From positions 1 to 64,000 of the forward strand of contig ADNK01000023.1 of NCBI GenBank assembly GCA_000320545.1: 64,000 nucleotides of DNA, in the 5' to 3' direction. A model generated the notes under the pieces. That model searched no databases. It had not been told where the DNA came from and was given only the letters and a program-made list of their open reading frames with translations. Origin of the DNA: Bigelowiella natans CCMP2755 (Eukaryota; Protista; Cercozoa). Below, in pieces: positions 52,201 through 63,348 of this stretch; within the stretch, counting starts at the first letter, position 1; the number at the start of each line of letters is the position of its first letter. Both the position numbers and the translations under genes were made by a program.

Positions 52201-54003
52201 CTCGGTGACACCGTCACCTGTAAGATTCTGCTTTATGATAAGTCCACCACACGTGAGCGAATCAAGGATTTGGTTGCAGAAGAGGTATTTGGGTACCACC
52301 CCACTTTCAAGAGACTCTATGGCGCTCCAAGTATTCAATCTTCTAAGATCGATTACAGTTTCAGGTCGATAGATTTCTTTGACACGCACCGAAAACATGC
52401 TCGTTCCCCGGAAGAAGGGCTGCAGACAATCAACGAGACAATCCGTTCACAATCGTACTCCAAGCTTAGGAGAACCCCTAGCAGCGTGGTAAATGATTCA
52501 AAACTGGACGCTTCAACTCCCTCTTATTGCCCTGTCAACAAGTCTACAATATGCACAGAACCACAAGGAGGAGCGTGTGTTGCTCGCTCCCTTGAGGCGA
52601 TAGGTGAGATGCGAAATTGCACGGAGAACCTTCCAGGCAGGTCATTAGATTCACGAAGAGACCAAGGCTCTATGGCGTTGGGCAGCCGTTATCGCCGTCG
52701 CCCTGATATTCCTTCTCCTTCCCCGAAAGTACGGAAGTCCTCGGCATCAACCATGAAGTCAGCAGAAGGGCAACCTGCCTTTTCTACTAGTAGTATCGAT
52801 AGACGAGACTTTCAGGACGACGATACTTCTGACCTTGCGGTTCGATTCGATGTTATAGAAGAGGGGAAAGGTGGGGCGGGAAGCTCTTCATTGCTATTAA
52901 GCGGACCTGAGCTAGAAGATGGAGATAATCTCACGCTCTCCTCCTCGGACTACGCAGGGATAGTGTTCTGCGTGTTAACGTCGCTGGGATGTTGGTTCAT
53001 AATCTGCGTCCTCGCCTATCAGTCTGATAATCGTACATTTGGTTGGGTTCAATCCACCGCCTTGCAGATGTTTTCTGACGTCTTCACGCGATCAACGCGG
53101 ACGGTCCTGCTGGAGCTTCTCTTTTTCGCGCCCATTTGCATCGGGCTCAGTGCAGGTGTTTATAGTATTGAGAAAGACCTTCCACGTGGGGGGCGGGGCA
53201 GATTCTCCTTCGTGCAGCTGAGCAAAACCCTTAAGGACTTTCACTACAGCAAGATCCATACAGCCCTCGCCCACCACCGAAGAAACCTGAGGAGGGTCAG
53301 GTTCAAGTCAGGACGCATGGGCATGATATTCGACTATCAGAATGTTGTCAGTTTCGTAGTTCCGGGATCACAAGCTGATGATAAGGGCGTGCGCGCGGGA
53401 TGGCGTATCCTTGCGATCGAGGGCGACGTGATTGGGGACTACAACCATCTCGCCTTCGTTCTGAAACATTATAACAGCGTGCTTCCCGAGATCTCAATCT
53501 ACTTCGAGGGTGGTGTCGAAGAGGAGAATAAAGGCGATAATAGTGCGCTCTGCGAAGAAAAATGTAAAACCGTGATGTTCAGGCCTGGAAAGATTGGCCT
53601 AGTATTCGAGTCGGACACAAGGATCACAGCTGTCGAAAAGAACTCCCCAGCATTCATCCAGGGTGTCAAGGCGGGCTGGGAGGTGCAGGCAGTGAACGGG
53701 GAGAGAGTCAAAAATGTCCGGCACATGGCAGGTTTTCTATCAGAGTGTAGCAAAAACGGCGAGATAGTGTGGATCACATTCATCGAGAATAATCCTTCTA
53801 GCAGACCCTTAAACTCTCGGTCTGTTGTAAAACGGCAGCGAAAGCAACAGCATCTGCTGGATGCAGATCGGGAGACCAAAATTCATAAGGGTAGAGCGTC
53901 GTTCCACTGGAAAGATTTAGACCTTAAGGAACTCGGAAAGAAACAGCTTTATGCATCGAGATTTTCTTATCCTACAAATCTAAATCTGAACGTGGAAGTT
54001 TGA
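44327..54003 (+). CDS. Polycystin-1/REJ-like membrane receptor: signal peptide, LamG/ConA-like domain, PT-rich stalk, REJ, GAIN/GPS-like region, several TM helices, two PDZ-like domains
   Basis: Signal peptide MFSILLVLWLRFPIAVQG; LWLRADDL...VASWEDASGNG (LamG-like); REJ hallmarks SNDPSG...LFAWT and NRPPALGSCTSVPSSGFALQTEFRLQCLGWMDDDLPLTYEF; GPS-like CWVWNETASVW; TM block FHHPGDFLTSFKRLTVLL; PDZ-like GRMGMIF...PGSQADDKGVRAGWRI and GKIGLVF...NSPAFIQGVKAGWEV. Confidence 0.85.
45824..46039 (+). repeat. Coding tandem repeat, three near-identical copies (81- and 69-bp periods) encoding PSNAPSFNPSTTPTSSP
   Basis: GCCTTCCAATGCACCGAGCTTTAATCCGAGTACTACTCCTACATCCTCACCTA starts at 45824, 45905 and 45974. 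Confidence 0.92.
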
Positions 54004-54133
54004 AAGCATAGGATGAGTACTGAAGAAAATTTGCAGGCTGTTATTCGGATGCGTTGTGCATATCACCACACAATAGCACGAAAGAAAATTCGCAGTCTTA
54101 ATCTGGGTCATGCGACACACGGAGACGAGGAGT

Positions 54134-54171
54134 GCTCAGCAGTTATTACAGTTAACATACAGCACATCTAT
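54134..54171 (+). repeat. 38-bp dispersed element, copy 1
   Basis: 37/38 identical to 57256-57293. Confidence 0.85.
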
Positions 54172-55054
54172 AATCCACAGATGCAAGGATATGTGCCGTG
54201 GTGGAACCTATTGGAGCTAATATTAGCTACATCGTCAAATATCTGATACAGTTATTGTCTATATTCATTTAGTTATTCCAATAATTCGCACAAAATATTC
54301 ATAGAGATCGTGTCAACCTGAGCCTCTAAGTAGGTTATCACAAAATTTTAACAATTACAGTCATGCTACAAATGATTGTTGTGAAGAACTCAGAGCACAT
54401 AGTAAACGCTCGTAATATTGTACTCATGCTAGAATGCATGCGGTACCTCTAGACATGTACTAGTCACCTGCGAACACGGGCTATCTGCGTGCAACGACGT
54501 AGACAGGCAACTACGTACGTGGCTAGGTAGGAATTAAAGTCTTGGCTGCTAGCTGCTAGCATGTGATCATAAGCATGAGCCATGATGTGCATCGCTGTGT
54601 AACCACACACATGCCTCTATGCGATGCAACTAGCAGATTCTCTGCTGGCTGCTAACAATGAACCAAGCTCACATCTACATGATCTACTCATAGCTAGCTA
54701 TCTGTTGAGTGAATCATGCGATGCAGAGCGCCTTCGTTGAGTGCGGAAGTTTACAATGTATAATGTTTTTTACGCTTTCATGTACGCACGCTATATATGT
54801 GCCAACTACTGCAAGTGGCATTTGTTGTGTACGTCGCACCACTATAGCTAGGTAGTGGGTTGAGGACTCACGGCGATGATGGCATGCTAGCATGTCTTGC
54901 AGTTCAAATTGATTGAAGCGTTTGACTACGCACTATAGGAACGCCTTTCCGTACGCCATCTTCCTCCACATCCATAATGTGTACAGCGTGATGTAAAATC
55001 AAATCTCATAATAATCAATGCGAGCTAAACCTTACATACGAACAACAGGGAATA

Positions 55055-56041
55055 TTATAAGGCGGAGGTGATACTAACAGTTCGTTTGCACACTTCTGAT
55101 GGTTTCAGCTCTACTTTATTTCCTTTGGTGCCCACCTCGGCTACCTCCACACAAACCATTTCTTTGTATTCCATTTCGCCGTAGTCCTTCTGAGACATGC
55201 GTTTCGCCTTATCGATCCAAGGATTCCACACAATCGCGTCGGAAAAGTTGGTTTCCTGAATGATACGTAGACCCGTCTTCTTGTCGGTAACTTGAAGCAG
55301 CTTTGGGATGTTGAGGTAGATTCTGTCCACCTCCCTGTCGAATACGATCTCAGGGGATTCCTGCGAGACGACCTTATCGGCGCGATCTTTGCCTTCTGCG
55401 AGTTGGTCGATGTACTTGAGCCCCTTTACAGCATACGGTTCCACAGCACTCACCGTCGCTTGGGTAATGTCCGACACCGGGAAGTAAGTGTGCAGAGCAC
55501 AGGTGAATCCAAAGTCAACCTTGCCAGTATTTGTGATAGTTGATTCAATTTCCAACACACTTCTGGCCGAACCACCTGCTGAGGTCACGGCATTGGCCTT
55601 AAGGGTCACTTTGTAATCATATACGAAATCCTTGTCTGCGCCCCACATCTCCTTGCTCAGTTCGTTCGGTGTCAGTCTAAATGTCGCAGTGATGGAAAGC
55701 CCTGGTAGATCGCTGGTGATCCCGACGAGACTCCATACAGAGATTCGCGCAAACCCATGCGATTTCATCGGGCCAAACGCATTGAACTGAGGAAAAATTA
55801 CAGGAACTCCACCTCTGATGGCCTTGGTGCCGTCCAATACGGCTTTGGAAGACATCCACATGAAAGGAGTTTCCTTGCCCGAGCTTTCAACATCCTTGAA
55901 TGTCATTATGTGGGCTCCATAATATGCGATTTCAGCCACAGATTGCTTCCCTTTGCCGTCTTGCACGATCAGTCGCACGGCTTTCTGGTTTTTTCCGTAT
56001 GTAAACGGCTCTGCGGCAACCTTTCCTCCTTTTGAAGACAT
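55055..56041 (-). CDS. D-hexose-6-phosphate mutarotase (glucose-6-phosphate 1-epimerase, aldose epimerase family), intronless
   Basis: YGAHIMTF, KAIRGGVPVIFPQF, HGFAR, FTCALHTYF, EVDRIY, VWNPW, MVCVE. Confidence 0.95.
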   Translation of the reverse strand: MSSKGGKVAAEPFTYGKNQKAVRLIVQDGKGKQSVAEIAYYGAHIMTFKDVESSGKETPFMWMSSKAVLDGTKAIRGGVPVIFPQFNAFGPMKSHGFARISVWSLVGITSDLPGLSITATFRLTPNELSKEMWGADKDFVYDYKVTLKANAVTSAGGSARSVLEIESTITNTGKVDFGFTCALHTYFPVSDITQATVSAVEPYAVKGLKYIDQLAEGKDRADKVVSQESPEIVFDREVDRIYLNIPKLLQVTDKKTGLRIIQETNFSDAIVWNPWIDKAKRMSQKDYGEMEYKEMVCVEVAEVGTKGNKVELKPSEVCKRTVSITSAL

Positions 56042-56516
56042 TCTTTCGCGAAACGATATTTTCGAAGGTATCCTGGGGGAGAGTGTGGCGTGTTTCGAGA
56101 TGCAGTAGAAAACAAAGGCTGATGCGAGAGGCAGAGCGAAGATTGACGAAGGTATGGTGGGTGACTCGATGCTTCCTTTGCGCTTTTAAGGAGGCAGAAA
56201 CCAGGAGGATTTATTACTGCGACATGATCGAGGAGAAAGAAAGGCAACATGCAGTACCGGTAAAACTTCGACGATTAATAAAATGCGACATCAACAGATA
56301 GATGGTGTAGAAGATAAATGCAGGGCGTTTTTTGTACTGTCCGTATCTGGCAAGCGGAAGAGAAAGCCAGCAGAGGTAGGCAAGCTCGTTGCTTCCATGA
56401 AGTATCGACACAAGCAAGTTTGCGACGGAAAGATTCCAACCATTAAAAAGCAGCAAGGACATTGCTTCTGATTTCATAGCATTGTATTGAACCTGTTGTA
56501 CATACAATCGCCAGGC

Positions 56517-57233
56517 ATGAAGGCCACACGAAAAGAACCGCCGAGAGTAAATGGCGACGAGACGAAAGTTACCAATTCTAAGGTAACGACAGCGACCAAG
56601 AGGATCGGATGGAAAAAGAACACAGACAAGGACTTTGATGAGGAGGGAACAAGGATCCTCTCCGGTCTAACAGGAAAGGGGTCACGCTATGCTAATCTCA
56701 GCGTAATCTGGACACATCCAGAAACTAAAGCACACATATATGTGGGGAATATAACTGCAGCAAGCACGAGGAAGATACTAGATAGGCACGAAATTCGCAA
56801 CATTATCAACTGTCAGGGCCGCGAGTCAACTAACTACTTCAAAGGGAGTAAGGACTTTCACTATTTTCGGTTTCCAGTTAGTTATTGGTGGAAAGCTAAG
56901 GGTATGAACACGCACAAGGGCGTCGTAAATTACTTCGATCCTGTATTTAATTTTATCTCCTCGGCCTTGGAAAAAGGCGAAAATTGCATGGTGCATTGTC
57001 TCGCTGGAGCTCATCGAGCAGGGACAACTGGTGTAGCGTGCCTCATGCACTTCGGCGACATGTCCTTTGAAAAAGCTCTAGCAGCTGCTAAGGAATCTCG
57101 TCCAATTATTAATCCTATATCGGATTTTCCAGAGCTATTAAAGAAATTAGACGCTGCTCGTCAGCAAATGAAGCAGGAAAACCACCCTGATGCTAGCTCA
57201 AAAAAGTGTGAAAAGTCGCATAAGAAGGACTGA
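56517..57233 (+). CDS. Atypical dual-specificity protein phosphatase, intronless
   Basis: IYVGNITAA, IINC, and CMVHCLAGAHRAGT (HCx5R), RPIINP. First ATG in frame is at 56517. Confidence 0.9.
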   Translation: MKATRKEPPRVNGDETKVTNSKVTTATKRIGWKKNTDKDFDEEGTRILSGLTGKGSRYANLSVIWTHPETKAHIYVGNITAASTRKILDRHEIRNIINCQGRESTNYFKGSKDFHYFRFPVSYWWKAKGMNTHKGVVNYFDPVFNFISSALEKGENCMVHCLAGAHRAGTTGVACLMHFGDMSFEKALAAAKESRPIINPISDFPELLKKLDAARQQMKQENHPDASSKKCEKSHKKD

Positions 57234-57255
57234 AACTTCGTCAACCCATGCTCGA

Positions 57256-57293
57256 GCTCAGCAGTTATTACAGTTAACATGCAGCACATCTAT
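57256..57293 (+). repeat. 38-bp dispersed element, copy 2
   Basis: 37/38 identical to 54134-54171; the single difference is TAC versus TGC. Confidence 0.85.
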
Positions 57294-57440
57294 GCAGTTG
57301 CCGTCGTCTCTCTGCCAAAATTCAAGCCATTTAGTTTTCCTCGTGTTTCTCACTGTGGTGCATACACATATATGTTATCGTATAAGGTAGCAGATTAGAA
57401 TGTGTCGTCTTTGCTTGCAGATCGAGCAGGGATTATTCCA

Positions 57441-57496
57441 AGGGTGCAAATGGGTGTAAGCTTACACCCTGAATATAGCGGTAATATTTACACCCT
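57441..57496. repeat. Small inverted-repeat element with an internal perfect 18-bp palindrome
   Basis: AGGGTGCAAAT (57441-57451) and ATTTACACCCT (57486-57496) are 10/11 inverted; GGGTGTAAGCTTACACCC lies at 57452-57469. Confidence 0.7.
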
Positions 57497-58303
57497 CGCG
57501 CGAACAATTTTCTGCATTTTGCTTTGATTTTGTTTGCTCTTACATCCTGAGCCTCTAATTTTCACATCCTCAAATCTCCGCTAGAATAATGATCCCTGAG
57601 ATCGAGCGCGCTGTCAGCTGTACATACGTATACGTGCGCAAAGGCGCGTTTCAATTTTGCGCATCGCATTCGATTCGTCGCCATTTGCTAGTTTGTTCCC
57701 AATGTTTCAGTGCTCACAGGCCAGCGCAGGTGACAAAACGACATGCTAGCATGCAACGTGCATGCACATAGCATAGCAATGTGCAAATATAGAGCGCATT
57801 TTGTTTCAGCAGCCGCACATCACTTTTGGCTTGCATGCACACAACAGTACACGTGCGCGTGCAATTCTAGAATTGCACCTCGCGCAGCGGATGCCGGTCT
57901 AGCAGTGCTGCCACTGAATGCATGCGATGCATGCATGGTTGGAGCAGCAGCTTAGCCGCACATGCTAGCATGCTTTGCTAGTTTGGACAGTAGTGTTCAA
58001 CATGGGACAACTAACGCACAAAATTGGCGAAAGCTTTGCAAATGTTGCGTTGTCCAGATGTCTAGACGCGTCAGCATTGTCTGCGTAGCTGCTACATTCA
58101 CGCACAGAATGGCTTGCAATTGAATGCAGCAAACAACGATGATGCAGCATGATGGTGACTTGGTGACATCTCGAGCCAACATCTACACGCTCTCTGTTAG
58201 ACTTCACACGATACCGTACGTCCGATCCGTGCATTGCAAGGCTACGGAGTGAATGGTAAAGTTGCTACTAGCCTCTCATGTTCTCAGGAGCATGACTTGT
58301 GGA

Positions 58304-61300
58304 TCACATGTTTTTCATGGATTCCAACATCTTCTTCTGGAGAGCTTCATTTGATCTCGCAGCAGTTGCTTCATCGGCATCGGGAATTGGTCTAGCCTCA
58401 TCACCTTCCCTGTCATTTGAATCAGATCCTAATTTCTGCTCCTGCGCAGAACCTTGTTCCCCACCTTCCATTCCCTCACCGGAGGCCTTATTTTTACCAA
58501 ATGTTTCCACGTTGAATGTGGATGTATAATCTGGAAGCTTGGGCTCAGCAACTTGATCCTTATGTACGTGTTTTTGTTCTTTTCTCGGCTGGTCTACTTT
58601 GGCGTCTCCAATGAACCTCTCAAATTGTACAGGCATTCTCCTGGAAACTAGTCGCGTGTGGCCGGGTCTGCTAGACCTCGCTCTGGAAAGCTGCCTTGCA
58701 TCGACCTTTATGTTCGCCAGAATAGGTACGACATGTTCTGTTGTCTCCGTTTGAATCTCGAGCTGTTCGGAGAATTCCCCTATCGCACCTGCCCAGAGTT
58801 GCACCTCTATCACTGCGCTCATTCCAGCAGCAACAGCGCCTGGCTTGTGGACAACTCTTAAAAGGTTTCTTTGGCCCCGCTTCAGCTTTGGTTGATGAAT
58901 GATGTATCTACCAGCTTGATTGCCTTCGTTCTTTAGCGTTAAGGTGAAGCCATATAGAGACCCCGGGCGGATAACTCCGAAGTGGATAGATTTAGGACGT
59001 AAGATGAACTCGGTGAACAAACCGGCGACGCCGGCCTTCCGCGAGAGGTTAAATGTAGACGACGTTTGTAACCGTTTGCGGGCATTCGCTTCTCTGTCCA
59101 TGTACTCGTTTCTCACACCAATCGCAACGGGGGTCCGCTTCTGTTCAAGAGATCTTCGTCGCCGCATGTTGGCCACCGTATAGTGCACAGGGCGGTAGTT
59201 CAGGGGGGTCTTGTCCGGATCGGGACCTTTCCTCGTTGGAATTCGCATTCCAGATGGCTGCTTTTCCAGCTTTGGAGGAAATGATCTAGAATCGTTCGCA
59301 CGATGAACCTGGAAGTCAGACGCAGTGGTTACATCAAGATCATCTCGTTGCTTGCTTGCGTCCATGTCCAGGCTCGCAGCTGCAGCACGGTCTGATCCTG
59401 CCCCCTTTACCTTCGACCTCTTCTTGTGACCTTTCTTTGAATCTGTCCTCTCAGCTTCCGCCGTGTTGAGATAAGTGAACAAGCGTCCTAAAAAGACGTT
59501 CACCTCTTCAATACCAGCTGCGAGGCTGGCTTTGGACCCGGCCACCAGGGAGCCTCCTCCCTGCTTCTTGAACCCAAGAAATGTGAGAATGGTCTCGGCG
59601 TGCTCTTTGACATGTGATTTACCGAGAGCATCTGAATAAGGCTTCGCATTGAGATTAACGGCACGTAGAGTAGGATCGTTGGGGTTCTTGAGAATGCGAG
59701 ATAAACATTTAACAAACCCTTCTAATGCGTGCAAATTTGTCCACAATTTTTTTTCGGGAAGCCAGTGAAGATTCACGGTCTGATCAGGGGCGGGTTTTTT
59801 CGAATCCGACAGTCCCTTCGTGTTTCTTCTTAAGCCCTTTTCAGACGGGGCAAGTTGCGTAAAGATGTTGCGGAGAACTTGGTGCAATTCGTAGTATCGG
59901 TCATTATCAGGATGTCCGAAAAACTTGACGAACTTCTTGTTGGTAGTTGTCTTAGCTCTTTTCCCGATTTGGAACTTACGGGGGACGGCAACCTTCTGCA
60001 GAGGCGCGTTTTGTGAGGCGTGAAAAAATTGACGCGGCTCGCTGCTATTAGGATTTAATAGAAACTTGGCTTTGTTATTGCCATCTGCTTTAGCGGGGAG
60101 ACCTCCTGCGGCCGATTCCTCTTTGAGCCGTTCGTGGTTGCGTTGCCTTGCAGCTATTACTGCCATCTGGATACGCGCAGCGTCGCTTTTCTTCATGGAG
60201 TCCCCACTTCCTTTTTCCTCTTCTTTGCCCTCACGCGCCCTTTCAGCACTCTTCTTCAGCTCACTCTCTTTGGCTTTGAGAGAATCCTTATTTTTCTCCA
60301 CAACTTCAGTTATGCCGCTCGGTAATTCCAACTGTTTGGTGATGACGCGGTAAATATAAACAATCTTCTGCAATGCTTCCTCAGAGGGTAGGTCTGTTGC
60401 AGCTGCTTGCATTATCCTCGCAGGTGGCTCGGGGGGGAAAAGCACTTTCTCACCGCTACCAGCGCTAGAATTCGTGGTTTTTATAGCAGAATACGCGCTT
60501 GAACGCACCACGTTTGGGATTGTTGGTGCTCGCTTGTACTCGCCAGCAGCTTTTAACCTCCTCAAAATCTTTATACACTGTTGCGGTCCTGAAGTATCAA
60601 TCACTCCTCTCTCTTCGGCGCTTTTCGCGTCACCCACTGGTTCTTCTTCATCTTCTTCGATTTCGATGTCTTCATCCTCGTCTTCCTCTAGGATTGCAGC
60701 GTCAGCCTCCATTTTGACCTTCTCTTCCGTCACCTTGCCAACTTTTGGTGGGTTGTCTCTAGGGAGCTCCACATATGCATCCTTGGTTAGGCTCGCATTA
60801 CGCAAAATCACATCTACGCTTCTCTTCGTGTGTAACTCGTACCCAGTTCCATCGCGTCTGATGCAAAATAGTCTGGGCTGGGAAGAGTTTGCTGGGGGGG
60901 GATAATACTTTGCGGGGATCTTGATTGTTGCGCTATCAGCATCTGCAGCAGCCGCCCCCGGCCCGAGATCTCTCGACAGCGTGGAAGTAGGAGGCTCATG
61001 GAGAGAAACTTTAAAGAAATTTTCCTCTCTGTCGATAATAGAGATGTAGCCGTCGGTTAGATGCATGAGGTAGGATTCAACAGGGATGTGGGGCAAGGAA
61101 ACGACGCCACCGAGCAGTTCACGTGTCAGAGGGATTGTGCTCTGTCCGATTGGGATGTACACAGTTTGACCCTTAGGATCCACTACAATGCGCTCTCCTT
61201 CCTCTCTCTTGATGGTCAAGGCGCCGTTTTTCATTCGCTCAAAAGACCCGAATTCAGGGATATCCACAATGATCGTATGGTGGGATTTGGGTTGCCCTGT

Positions 61301-63248
61301 GTTGTTTCCTGTCGTCGCAGGTTTGACTTCTTTGTTTTTCTCGGCGTCCTTTTCATCATTGCCCTTCCCCTCTCCGAAAGTATCCTGTAGTGTCTCGAGG
61401 GACTTTGACACATCTCCCAGCGCTGAGAGAATCGCGTTTGTATTCTTAGGAGGTTTCAGGCGCACAATGGAGACAGATGAGCCGAGGCTCGGGCTCTCAA
61501 CGGTCAATTTACGTCTGCCTTTGGATTCTGCCACCTCCTCCGAGAAGATACGAGTCCCATCTTTATGTTGGACAAGAGTTGAGCCGTTTTCGTAAGCAAT
61601 ATACATGACAAAATCCTCTCGCGTTGTAACCGTAGCACCACTTTGAGAATCTTTCTGTACGACGACGTGAATATCTCGTTGCACAGCGGCAGCTGCAGAA
61701 GCAGCAGCAGGGTCTACTGCTGCATCTTTCTCAGGTTGGCCATCATTCTCAAGTTTTGCCTTGGCCTCTTCATCCTTCTTCTCGCTTTCTTCTTTCTTGC
61801 TGTCATCTCCTGTCTTACCGCCACCTCCTATCTCCCCCACCTTTGTCACAGAGCCTGTATTATCTGTGCACTTCCAGTAGTTGTTTTCTGGCTTCTTCTC
61901 GAGAACGGTTCCGTTAGGCATGAGGATGACATTGTCACCGTTTGTTTTCCTAACTAGTACGACACCTGTGTCGAACACGCATCTCCATGCCTCCGCCTCT
62001 GCCGTCATGGACGATGCCATCGCTCCAATGTCTTCTTCGGACACGTCACCTGGCGAATCCGACGAAGCCTGTACGTTTACTTCTCGGCTTTGGTACACGC
62101 AGTTGAACTTGCTGCAGAACTCTGTTCGTAGGCCTGAAGCGGTTGTAATGATAGCGCTAGGATACAACCCCATTTTCTGCAGCAAAAGGGAAGATCCGTC
62201 CTCAAACCTTGTAAGAAGCTGAGATTTCGAAGCTTCTGGTGACATCCCCCTCGTTGGAGAAACTGTTAAAACACTTCCGTCCTTTTCTAAGAAGAGCATC
62301 CTTGACTTCTCGGGGCATTTAAAGCCAGATTCCACCATGCCTAGCATGCCCTGATCAGCAGGGAAAAAGAGGGTCTCTTCGCGCTCAAGATTGCTGTATT
62401 GAGGGGGAATGTCGTATGAAAACTTTGGCTTTGGTCCGATTCGGTGAGCGTTCGGTGGCAGATGGGACATCTTCACGTTATTGGCATAGAGGAATTTGCG
62501 ATATTTCCTGTTCCTCTTTCGGAGCATGGGTGTGTGCTTGTGGCAAGCGACCAAAACGGTGTCATCTCGGGGAGAATATCTCCAGCATGTCCGCGTAGCT
62601 CCACACATAGACTTTGAGGCCTTTAAGAGAACTTGTAGCATCGCCTCTTTGCTTAATTCCTCGACGTAAACACGAGAAGCAATGTCCCAGTCCCTCCTCT
62701 CTTTTCCGAGCTCGAGTTGGTCTTGCTTCTCCCAGACTCTCTCTATCGTCCTAACAAGACTCGTAAACTGCTCGCTTCGAAAGGCGCGGTCAATCATCTC
62801 CAGAGGGAATTTGGAGCTGCTAGGAGTGCTGTTGAAAAGCTGGCTACGCATCACACCACGCTCGGCTTCAGTGAGAGGCTTCGAAGGAAAGGGGCGGGCT
62901 CCCAAGGCACCTAGTGGCCACAGGTTTATCATCATTGACAGTTCTTTCTCACTCATGCTGTGCACTGGATATCCGGCCAAGTCATGAATCTTGAGCAGGG
63001 ACTGCTTCGTCGCTGCCACCGCCGCCTCATCCCACACTTTCCTCTTTTCATTCAGCATAGCAGCAGCCGCAAGCCATCCCAACGTGTGAGCCTCTTCAAC
63101 CATTACGGGGTTTTCATTTTCTTTCGTGATGACAGGGTTGGTCTGCAACCCTCTAAGCTCCGACATTGCCTCATCGAAGTAAGCATTCAACTGCTCCATC
63201 TGTATAAATTTGTGTACATGAAGATGTTTTGAATTATAAAAATATAAA

Positions 63249-63286
<38 letters not shown>

Positions 63287-63301
63287 TAAATATATAAAGA
63301 G

Positions 63302-63348
<47 letters not shown>

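Larger units (their letters stand above)
3438..63344. repeat. Abundant dispersed intronic microsatellites (GT/CA, CT/GA, AT, CAT, TAG, CAG, GGA); coordinates give the span, not a single array
   Basis: Examples: (GT)n 3438-3468, (CT)n 5741-5813, (TA)n 14775-14804, (GA)n 63308-63344; mostly inside introns. Confidence 0.95.

Noticed and set aside
57452-57496. Interstitial telomeric repeat
   Set aside because: Units are inverted and isolated rather than tandem TTAGGG-like arrays.
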